Of a DNA stretch of 64,000 nt, positions 1-7,179 are shown piece by piece. Under the pieces are notes generated by a model that saw only the letters and a list, made by a program, of their open reading frames with translations, was not told the origin of the DNA and did no database searches. The position numbers were made by a program, and so were the translations under genes. The DNA is from a virus (taxonomy: Duplodnaviria; Caudoviricetes): IMG/VR virus record IMGVR_UViG_3300025129_000005, one strand, 5' to 3'. Every line of letters starts with the position of its first letter. The first letter of the stretch is position 1.

Positions 1-76
1 TTCTGTCTTTGCTGAGGGATGTCGGCAGGAACATGCTGAACTGGTATTCCACAGATCATCAAAAGAAGCGCGGTCA

Positions 77-361
77 TTGGCGTGGAAACGCCCGCACGGT
101 AGTTTCTGCTGCGACTGGATCGACCTACGAGTTAATCGAGTAAAAGAAGTTGACCATTTGACCGACGGCAAAACAGAACCATTTGTTTGCCACGATAACG
201 CGATGTTTCGTGAGGCTGGGTGGAGGAGTGAAGATTGCTCGTCGTGTGCCAGTTGTGGATTGACCGACTTTTCGGACGGAGAAAACAGGCAATGGGCAGT
301 TTGCCTTGAGTGTGGGCAGTGTGGCGAGTGCGGACACGACGACGAGTGTATAAGCGCCTAA
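77..361 (+). CDS. Cys-rich hypothetical protein; frame is open to the window start, so probably 5'-truncated
   Basis: ORF track; CxxC pairs (CSSCASC, CLECGQCGEC); no in-frame stop between position 2 and 77. Confidence 0.55.
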   Translation: MAWKRPHGSFCCDWIDLRVNRVKEVDHLTDGKTEPFVCHDNAMFREAGWRSEDCSSCASCGLTDFSDGENRQWAVCLECGQCGECGHDDECISA

Positions 362-371
362 CAAGTATTAT

Positions 372-445
372 CGCGGAATAGAGAAATGGCATCTCGTAAG
401 GTTCATATCCTTGAGTTACGGGTTCGAATCCCGTTTCCGCTACCA
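372..445 (+). tRNA. tRNA-Met(CAT), initiator-like (C1-U72 mismatch)
   Basis: Cloverleaf CGCGGAA/TTCCGCT, anticodon loop TT-CAT-AT, TTCGAAT T-loop, encoded CCA. Confidence 0.9.
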
Positions 446-449
446 AGTT

Positions 450-583
450 CTGAGAGTGTCAGAGTATGTGTCATACAAGATCATATGCAATACGTGTAAA
501 TAGCATATTGAGTTGTCACAGGCTCGGATACATGAACCGAAAGTTCCTTTAAACACGTCAAAAGGGAACACTGACACTCTCAG
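450..583 (+). ncRNA. Candidate structured small RNA in the tRNA cluster
   Basis: Perfect 13-bp terminal inverted repeat CTGAGAGTGTCAG/CTGACACTCTCAG; internal hairpins; no ORF. Confidence 0.55.
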
Positions 584-604
584 TTAGTCTTTTATGATTT
601 ATAT

Positions 605-681
605 CTGTCGGTACGCAAGTCTGGTATGCGACCTGCCTTGGACGCAGGAAATCGTGGGTTCAAATCCTACCCGGCAGACCA
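605..681 (+). tRNA. tRNA-Pro(TGG)
   Basis: CTGTCGG/CCGGCAG acceptor, CCTGC-CTTGGAC-GCAGG anticodon arm, CCA. Confidence 0.92.
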
Positions 682-861
682 TTTATATAGACGCGACACT
701 TAGTTAGTGTCTAGTCAGGTGGCGATACCCTGATGATTGAAGGGGCTGACTATCCCAAAAAGCGCACTTTACACTCGTATGAGTATGTCCCTGTGGTGAC
801 AGGGTTAGTGTTACGGTGGAGATTAATTTCTGTGAAGCTGACGCACATCACCAAAATTTAA

Positions 862-937
862 GGGGGTAGGCAATGGGGTTGCGGCTTTTCCTTGCAAGGA
901 AAGTGACTGAGGGGTTCGATTCCCCCTACCTCCACCA
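862..937 (+). tRNA. tRNA-Ala(TGC)
   Basis: G3-U70 pair and A73 (Ala identity elements), loop CT-TGC-AA, CCA. Confidence 0.88.
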
Positions 938-951
938 AATTTATGAATTTT

Positions 952-1029
952 GACCCATTACTCCACGATGGCAGAGAGAACACGTTTAGACCGTGTACAG
1001 GGAGAGTTCGACACTCGCATGGGCTACCA
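952..1029 (+). tRNA. tRNA-Leu(TAG), short variable loop, imperfect stems
   Basis: ACACG-TTTAGAC-CGTGT anticodon arm; mismatches in acceptor and T stems; CCA. Confidence 0.65.
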
Positions 1030-1037
1030 AAGTTTAA

Positions 1038-1109
1038 GCTCGTCGAAGGTCTGATGACCTAGTATCTCTTACAAAGAGACTGGATGGTTTGATTCCATGG
1101 CGAGTACCA
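1038..1109 (+). tRNA. tRNA-Val(TAC)-like with 4-nt D-loop
   Basis: GCTCGTC/GGCGAGT acceptor, loop CT-TAC-AA, D arm AGGTC-TGAT-GACCT, T-loop TTTGATT, CCA. Confidence 0.65.
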
Positions 1110-1115
1110 GTTAAA

Positions 1116-1191
1116 TCAGGAGTTAAGATAGAGGTAAATCGTGTTGGCTGTGACCCAGCAAACAAGGGTTCGAATTCCTTACTCCTGACCA
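1116..1191 (+). tRNA. tRNA-His(GTG) with U-1:A73
   Basis: 8-bp acceptor TCAGGAGT/ACTCCTGA, GTTGG-CTGTGAC-CCAGC anticodon arm, CCA. Confidence 0.9.
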
Positions 1192-1194
1192 TAA

Positions 1195-1268
1195 GCCGGA
1201 TTAGTTAAATGGTATAACTTCTGTTTTGTAATCAGAATTTGCGGGTTCGATTCCTGCATCCGGCTCCA
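1195..1268 (+). tRNA. tRNA-Thr(TGT)
   Basis: Canonical cloverleaf, loop TT-TGT-AA, CCA. Confidence 0.95.
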
Positions 1269-1281
1269 AGTTTAAAGTTTT

Positions 1282-1355
1282 GCGGGTATAGTTAAAAGGT
1301 ATAACTACAGCCTTCCAAGTTGTAATTGTCGGTTCGATTCCGTCTACCCGCTCCA
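1282..1355 (+). tRNA. tRNA-Gly(TCC)
   Basis: GCGGGTA/TACCCGC acceptor, U73, loop CT-TCC-AA, CCA. Confidence 0.95.
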
Positions 1356-1392
1356 ATACATAAGTTGTCAATATTTTAAATTGAATATAGTG

Positions 1393-1421
1393 TTGACATA
1401 GTTACATAAAGACTGTAGAAT
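1393..1421 (+). promoter_or_regulatory. sigma70-like promoter for the second half of the tRNA cluster
   Basis: TTGACA-17 nt-TAGAAT. Confidence 0.8.
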
Positions 1422-1447
1422 ACTGATTAGTTTGTTTGAGAATTTAA

Positions 1448-1532
1448 GCCCCTTGCCCCGACAACAGACTTCTAATCTGTTCCTTAAAAGTTGGATGGAA
1501 GGTACGAGGTTCGATTCCTCCAAGGGGTTCCA
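1448..1532 (+). tRNA. tRNA-Arg(TCT)-like, lacking a D arm, with a long variable region
   Basis: GCCCCTT/AAGGGGT acceptor, ACAGA-CTTCTAA-TCTGT, GAGG-TTCGATT-CCTC, CCA; only ~9 nt between acceptor and anticodon stems. Confidence 0.65.
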
Positions 1533-1545
1533 GAATATTAAATAT

Positions 1546-1620
1546 GCTCCTGTAATTCAATGGTAGAATAGGCGACTTATAATCGCTCTATAGTAGGTTC
1601 GAATCCTCTCAGGAGTACCA
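1546..1620 (+). tRNA. tRNA-Ile(TAT)
   Basis: Canonical cloverleaf, GGCGA-CTTATAA-TCGCT anticodon arm, CCA. Confidence 0.88.
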
Positions 1621-1628
1621 GTTTTATA

Positions 1629-1716
1629 GAGGAAGTCTGATAGGCGTCATCCCAAACCTCTTTAAAAAAGTCGTGGGTGTCCGTTCCCTAAGAAGGTATG
1701 GGAGGACGAACTTCTC
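1629..1716 (+). ncRNA. Candidate ~90-nt rod-like small RNA between tRNAs
   Basis: Nested pairings GGAAGT/ACTTCT, CGTC/GACG, TCCCA/TGGGA, ACCT/AGGT. Confidence 0.4.
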
Positions 1717-1760
1717 AAGTTTACAAATCGCTGAATATAGTGTATCATGTTTATATGTAT

Positions 1761-1836
1761 AGGGGTGTAGCGCAAAGGCAGAGGCATCAGGTTTAAGCCC
1801 TGATTAGTGGGAGTTCGAATCTCCTCACCCCTACCA
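1761..1836 (+). tRNA. tRNA-Leu(TAA), short variable loop
   Basis: AGGGGTG/CACCCCT, TCAGG-TTTAAGC-CCTGA, 5-nt variable loop, CCA. Confidence 0.85.
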
Positions 1837-1849
1837 ATTTTATAGTTAT

Positions 1850-1925
1850 GGGGGCGTAGCCAAGTGGAATGGCAACAGACTTTTAATCTGTATATCGGTG
1901 GGTTCGAATCCCCCCGCCCTCACCA
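1850..1925 (+). tRNA. tRNA-Lys(TTT)
   Basis: ACAGA-CTTTTAA-TCTGT anticodon arm, canonical T arm, CCA. Confidence 0.93.
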
Positions 1926-1940
1926 TTAGCGAGGTAATCT

Positions 1941-2295
1941 ATGGATGATAAACTACATACCTTAGAAATAACTGGCGGTGAAACGATAGAATTCAGAGAT
2001 AAATTATCTGGTTTTTTATCAAGAGCCACTCGGAACCTTTGAGCTTACGGATAAAGAAAAATATCTGCACAGTTTGGTTAAAGAGTACCACACCCGCTGC
2101 GAGGAATACGACAGGACGGTATGTACAGACCCGGTAGAGCGAGATGGGATTCTCCCCGCGAATGGTTTTGAGGTACGCCAAATCAACCTAAACGCCATAG
2201 AAGTGCGAAAAAATTTACAAGATCGAGCCTACAGAGAGCGTGGGATCTCGCCCGGCGAGGTGAGCAGAGCCATTTCGGACTACAGAGCCAGATAA
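1941..2295 (+). pseudogene. Hypothetical gene interrupted by an apparent +1 frameshift in a T6 run near 2012-2017
   Basis: SD GAGG plus ATG at 1941; removing one T joins MDDKLH...LSGF to YQEPLGTFEL...SDYRAR in a single ORF. Confidence 0.45.
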
Positions 2296-2484
2296 CCGGG
2301 TTGTCGTAGGTGAACCAACCATTAAAAAAGAAGCAAAAAAATGTTTAAGTTTTATGTTTACATACGGTAAACAAACTGGTATAGTGGTTAAGTAGTCACA
2401 ATCACCCATCACAGATAACCAAGAGAGATACTTGGTGTCCAGAGATAATATCAACGGGGTAAGGGATTGTGTCAAGTTCTTTGA

Positions 2485-2879
2485 CAATTGAAAGTAAAAA
2501 CGGTTGACGGAATAATGGTTGCATGACCATAACGTACCCTGATAGGGGTTGAAATACCCAAAAGCCCGATGCGGTATATCTAAAGGGAGTGGTTAGTAAC
2601 GTCATCCTGAACAATGAACAGAACAGACCGAGGTAACGTAACCTAGTGTGGTCGCAATAAGGTCAAGGTTCTGGTTCTCCTGCTGAAATCCACACGATAG
2701 CCTATTATAGAATCAATGCCAGTGGGAGTTGGGGGTAAGGAAATTCCCCTCATCCAATGAACCCTTCGGGGGAGGTAAACAATAGGACTTGCTACCCTAT
2801 TGGGATGTGTCAGAATGTTTGGGTTGTCGAGAAATCTTGGATGATTGATGTTGTCATTCACCGTTTTTACTTTCAATTG
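2485..2879 (+). ncRNA. Candidate ~395-nt structured RNA closed by a perfect 20-bp helix
   Basis: 2485-2504 is the exact reverse complement of 2860-2879; multiple internal helices and a possible pseudoknot; no credible ORF. Confidence 0.6.
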
Positions 2880-3735
2880 CTAAAGAGCAATAAGTTCTTT
2901 CAAAATCAGAATATGGTCGCTTGAGGTCATAGAAATAAACCACGGTAACGTGGGGAAAGGGATGTACTTCTATCAGTCTCCCGCCCTATAAAAGGGATAA
3001 TCAAGCAAGCCTCGTCTTCACCCGTAATGGGTGAGTTCATCTTACCAAGGGATGGACTTGAGTAAGGACGGTAGAGTAGGACAAATAAACCAATGGGTAA
3101 CTCTGGTTGGTTTATCTTTCGGGTGGTACCGAATTACTGCATACCAAATCTACTTAATTACAAAAGATAAGGGGTAATCAACTCAGTCCGAGAGTAGTGT
3201 CAAGGGCGGTTGGTAGTTCGATAGGGAACGGATACCTACGGTAGTAGGTGGACGGAATCTTGACAAACCATTGAGTACCAATACAAACGGGAAAGATACT
3301 AGGTGTGTGGTATTTCGTAGTCGCAAGATTATGAATCCACAGGGGTCACACATCTTCGATAGTTAATTGACAGCCCTTGAAAGCTGTTGATTATTGGTTC
3401 AAATCCAATATTAATACTCAAACGCAAAGTTGACCCCGCTGTATGATGAAAGTGGCTTAATCCCCAACATGTTATGTGAATTGGGGTACTCAAAACCCGC
3501 AAGGTGGAGAGTATTGATAGGGAGTCGCACTTAGGGTGTTCGCTACACACTAGGGTAGACAAAGTATTGAATAGTCATACAGGACAGTGTTAAAGCAGAC
3601 ACTTTAATAATGCAGTCACGTTGGGATACATGAATGAGTTTCATGTGGACACGTGAGGAACCAAAGGGAATAAGTCCCCTACGGATAATCTCACAAAAGT
3701 CTTGACAACGAAGGTCTTAGTCTCAAACCTTCATA
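2880..3735 (+). ncRNA. Large ornate ncRNA, GOLLD-like
   Basis: ~850 nt without a credible ORF inside a phage tRNA cluster; many hairpins with GNRA loops; embedded tRNA-like element; terminal hairpin GAAGGT/ACCTTC followed by an A/T-rich hairpin. Confidence 0.6.
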
Positions 3736-3829
3736 CTTTTTAAAAAAAAGTATACAATGATTTACAAAGTAAATAATAAGATACACTTTTCCTGATATCT
3801 CTAAGAGGTATGAGGAAAAGTGTATATTT

Positions 3830-3913
3830 GGCGGGTAGCGTCAAGGTGACAAAAGTGGCTTGAACCCACTGCCACGGTAAAACGTGAGAGTTCGATTCTT
3901 TTACCCGCCTCCA
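3830..3913 (+). tRNA. tRNA-Ser(TGA)
   Basis: AGTGG-CTTGAAC-CCACT, long variable arm, CCA. Confidence 0.9.
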
Positions 3914-3918
3914 TTCAC

Positions 3919-4008
3919 GGAAAGCTAATCAGTAAGGTACTGACACCACCTGCTAAGTGGCTGGTTCGTGGTAACACGGATGGATTTCGAATATCCAGCT
4001 TTCCTCCA
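3919..4008 (+). tRNA. tRNA-Ser(GCT)
   Basis: Loop CT-GCT-AA, long variable arm, GGAAAGC/GCTTTCC acceptor, CCA. Confidence 0.9.
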
Positions 4009-4026
4009 TTAAACATAAGGACTCTT

Positions 4027-4371
4027 ATGCCCCATCTAAATGAACATGAACAACAATCCATTGAACATTTTGGCAAATCATACACAGAGGTTCATCAATT
4101 CCTTGACCAATTTCAACCACAGTTTCGTGGACCAGAACACAGACGTATCCTTCACCATACAATGGGTGTAAACGAGGTTGTAAGACGTTTTGGTGAAGAA
4201 ACAAGATCAGTGGTCGAACTTCATATAAAAGAAGATTGGAAAGGGTATTGTGGAAGTCACTATGTCCCAACGTTAAAAGAAATCGACCTTGACAATTGGT
4301 TATTGCTTAATTATAATGTAAAGGAGTATATGGACAATTTAATGATGGAGTTGTATTCCGAAAAGCTGTGA
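4027..4371 (+). CDS. Hypothetical protein, His-rich (DUF6915-like)
   Basis: H..FLDQ, HRRILHH..G and LHIKEDW pattern; SD AAGGA. Confidence 0.55.
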   Translation: MPHLNEHEQQSIEHFGKSYTEVHQFLDQFQPQFRGPEHRRILHHTMGVNEVVRRFGEETRSVVELHIKEDWKGYCGSHYVPTLKEIDLDNWLLLNYNVKEYMDNLMMELYSEKL

Positions 4372-4544
4372 AGACATTATATAAAACTATTTCGTGGAGA
4401 TTTTTTGCAACATTTTTCACTTTTATTATATCTTTTGCGTTAACAGGATCAGTTGATATTGCATCCCAAATAACCACTCTAGAGTTTGTCGTGAAAATGT
4501 TGTTGTATTATATCCATGAGAAGGTGTGGGAGAAGGTCAGATGA
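4368..4544 (+). CDS. DUF2061-like small membrane protein (58 aa, not in ORF track)
   Basis: GTG start; KTISWRF...T...LTG.....A......K..LYY.HEKVW; stop overlaps the cysC ATG (ATGA). Confidence 0.7.
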   Translation: MKTLYKTISWRFFATFFTFIISFALTGSVDIASQITTLEFVVKMLLYYIHEKVWEKVR

Positions 4545-5452
4545 AATGTGTATGGTTAACCGGTCTACCCTGTTCAGGAAAGACCACAATTGCAAATGAA
4601 TTGAATAAAGTATTAACAAATTCGGTTGTATTGGATGGGGATGATCTAAGATCAACCTATTTAGGCAAAAATGTTGGATTTTCTCCACAAGATAGACATG
4701 ATCATATTTTAAGAATGGGTGAGATTGCAAAGCTTTTTGTTAAGACTGGTACATATGCCATTTGTTCATTCATATCACCAGAAGCTAAAGCAAGAGATAT
4801 GGTACGTGAATTGTTTAATGATGGTGATTTTATTGAGATTCATGTATCAGCGTCTAAGGATACATGTGCTGAACGTGATGTAAAGGGTATGTGGAAACGC
4901 GCCATGAATGGGGATATTACCCATTTCACAGGTTTTGATGCGCCTTATGAAGAACCGATTAATCCTGAGTATACAGCATTCACAGAGTTATCCACAATCA
5001 AAGAATGTGTAGATGATATTATTGATCTATTAAAACCTTATCACAAACCAGCATGTATGTTTATAGGTCGTTGGAATGGGATTTTCCATAATGGTCATGA
5101 TTATATTATTCGTAAGAAATTAGATGAAGGTAAATCCGTAACCCTTGCCATACGTGACGTGGCACCGGATAAAAACAACCCTTGGTCTGCTAAACAAGTC
5201 AAGGAAATGATTGATTATAGATTCAAGGACTATCCAGACGTAAAAACGATTATAATTCCAGATTTAGAATCTGTGGAGTACGGTCGTGGCGTTGGGTATG
5301 AAGTCAATGAGATTAAAGTTGATAAATATATTGCAGGTATCTCAGGAACAGAATGTAGAAAGATGATTTTAGAGGGTGATGATGATTGGAAACAGTTCGT
5401 ACCTGATGAGGTGGTTGAGTATTTAACAGACTATAATAAGAGGTTTACATGA
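4541..5452 (+). CDS. cysC: Adenylyl-sulfate kinase fused to a cytidylyltransferase-like (HxGH) domain
   Basis: WLTGLPCSGKTT, LDGDDLR, RDVKG, FTGFDAPYEEP; C-terminal GRW...FHNGH. Confidence 0.92.
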   Translation: MKCVWLTGLPCSGKTTIANELNKVLTNSVVLDGDDLRSTYLGKNVGFSPQDRHDHILRMGEIAKLFVKTGTYAICSFISPEAKARDMVRELFNDGDFIEIHVSASKDTCAERDVKGMWKRAMNGDITHFTGFDAPYEEPINPEYTAFTELSTIKECVDDIIDLLKPYHKPACMFIGRWNGIFHNGHDYIIRKKLDEGKSVTLAIRDVAPDKNNPWSAKQVKEMIDYRFKDYPDVKTIIIPDLESVEYGRGVGYEVNEIKVDKYIAGISGTECRKMILEGDDDWKQFVPDEVVEYLTDYNKRFT

Positions 5453-6033
5453 ATAATTTTGAAGAATTTAACGGATCTTTGTCTATATTAGAAAGTTTTG
5501 ACTTGAATAAAACATCGACACTATCAAAAAAAGTTACTCCTTCCCAGTTTTATACGATGATGACTGATTTGATGGATAATTCTGATTGGTCTGAACAAGA
5601 TTATAATGACGCTAGGGATGATTTAAAGAAGTCTATAGACTATATTAGGGGGTATACTTTCGTTGATAATGGCGAAATGTTCTTGGTTTTCTTTGTAAAG
5701 AATGTCAAAAACGAGATAGAAGTACATTTTATAAACGTTACACAGAATAGATTTAATGTTAAAACCCATACTCACGGTAAAACTTCACAGGTTGTTTTTG
5801 CTACGGTAGTTAAGACAACGTTGGACTTTTTGAAAACATCTGGTTATGATAAAATAAGAATTAGAACCGATACCGGAAGAGATAAACTCTATAAAAAAAT
5901 ACTTGATGTTGCCGTGGAAAAGTATCTAAGTGATTGGTCGTTTGTAAGCCGAGAGCAATCAGGTGATGACGTTTCTTTTTTGTACAAGAAAAGGGATAGA
6001 TTATTGGAAGGTCTAATTGGGAGATATACATGA
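5449..6033 (+). CDS. Hypothetical protein
   Basis: 194-aa ORF translationally coupled to both neighbours. Confidence 0.75.
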   Translation: MNNFEEFNGSLSILESFDLNKTSTLSKKVTPSQFYTMMTDLMDNSDWSEQDYNDARDDLKKSIDYIRGYTFVDNGEMFLVFFVKNVKNEIEVHFINVTQNRFNVKTHTHGKTSQVVFATVVKTTLDFLKTSGYDKIRIRTDTGRDKLYKKILDVAVEKYLSDWSFVSREQSGDDVSFLYKKRDRLLEGLIGRYT

Positions 6034-6683
6034 GTAGTGTTAAACTTGTTGCGATAACGAAACCTGTTATTGAAGAGTGTGAAACGGCAGAGGAATTGAT
6101 TGCTTATGTTGCAAGGGTATCAAACCCTAACAATCAAGCAAACCACAAAACTGCGGGGAAACTGTTGAAATATTGTGCTGATCACGCACATTGGTCGATC
6201 TTTGAAACTGCCAGTATGACCATGGAAATTAAATGTACCAGAGAAATTGGTAGGCAGATCATCCGTCACAAGTCATGCAAGTTTCAGGAATTCTCACAAA
6301 GGTATGCAGAGGTCACAGAGGATTCGTTTGAACTATCCGAGGCACGTCTACAGGACAAGAAGAACCGACAGAGTTCTATCGAAGTTCATGACAAAGGGCT
6401 ACAGGATTGGTGGACACTGAATCAAGCACGTCTTCGTGACAGTGCGGTCGAGCTATATCAAGCAGCCTTGGCAAAAGGTATCGCTAAAGAGGTCGCAAGG
6501 AAGGTTCTTCCTGAAGGGTTGACCAAAACGACATTGTACCTCACAGGGGATATACGCTCCTTTATCCACTATTGTATCCTACGTTGTGATGACGCAACAC
6601 AGAAGGAACATAGGGTGATAGCACAGGAAATCAAGGTTATCTTGTTGGAACAATTTCCGTCATTGACAGAATTGTTTGAATAG
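6030..6683 (+). CDS. thyX: FAD-dependent thymidylate synthase
   Basis: HWSIFE, RQIIRHKSCKFQEFSQRY, ARKVLPEG, HYCILRC...TQKEH. Confidence 0.95.
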   Translation: MSSVKLVAITKPVIEECETAEELIAYVARVSNPNNQANHKTAGKLLKYCADHAHWSIFETASMTMEIKCTREIGRQIIRHKSCKFQEFSQRYAEVTEDSFELSEARLQDKKNRQSSIEVHDKGLQDWWTLNQARLRDSAVELYQAALAKGIAKEVARKVLPEGLTKTTLYLTGDIRSFIHYCILRCDDATQKEHRVIAQEIKVILLEQFPSLTELFE

Positions 6684-6709
6684 GATAAGATTATAGTTAT
6701 AGAAATTGA

Positions 6710-6782
6710 AGCGGTGACAGTTGATACTGATGACACTCTCATAAGGTGTTCAGTAAGGGTTTGATTCCCTTCACCGCTACCA
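6710..6782 (+). tRNA. tRNA(CAT) with 4-nt D-loop (Met or Ile2)
   Basis: AGCGGTG/CACCGCT, D arm CAGT-TGAT-ACTG, ACACT-CTCATAA-GGTGT, T-loop TTTGATT, CCA. Confidence 0.75.
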
Positions 6783-7179
6783 AAATTAAAGGAAACTTAT
6801 GACATACGATGAATGGGCAGACGAAGTAGGAATCTTTAAGGATTCTGAAAGTCGTGAAGCATGGGATTATCAACAGAAACGGATTGATAAACTCGTAAAA
6901 CAGATACAGGATTTAGGTCAAGAAGGATATGATGATGTTTAAGTTTCGGAGAAAAAGGTCAAATTGTAACAAAAACCCATACAATTTCTTTGATGAATAC
7001 GAGAAACACTATTCGTGGGATATAGGGAGACAAACACGTGATAAGTAAAAAATTGAAGGAAATGACCTACAATGATTATGCGGCACTGTCTTTAGGTGAA
7101 GCGCAAGCATTGAAGCGAATGATTGACGCAGAACTTAAACGTCTGGAAGACACTATTGCAGATCTGAAAGCAAAGGCTA

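Noticed and set aside
742-853. tmRNA (GGGGCTGA 5' end ... CCA)
   Set aside because: Far too short; no T arm or tag reading frame
952-1836. Suppressor tRNAs or stop-codon recoding (anticodons TAG, TAA)
   Set aside because: These anticodons read CUA and UUA; TAG, TAA and TGA all end genes normally here and ORFs are long under code 11
2481-2510. Promoter at TTGACA 2481
   Set aside because: No -10 box at the proper spacing; TTGACA is better explained as part of a TGTCAA/TTGACA hairpin and the start of the 20-bp helix
2485-2879. RNase P RNA
   Set aside because: The conserved GAGGAAAGUCC / P4 signature is absent
125-3562. Minus-strand ORFs 125-364, 132-446, 1993-2181, 2215-2487, 2402-2614, 2643-2876, 3329-3562
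   Set aside because: Antisense to tRNAs, ncRNAs or + strand genes; no SD or recognisable motifs
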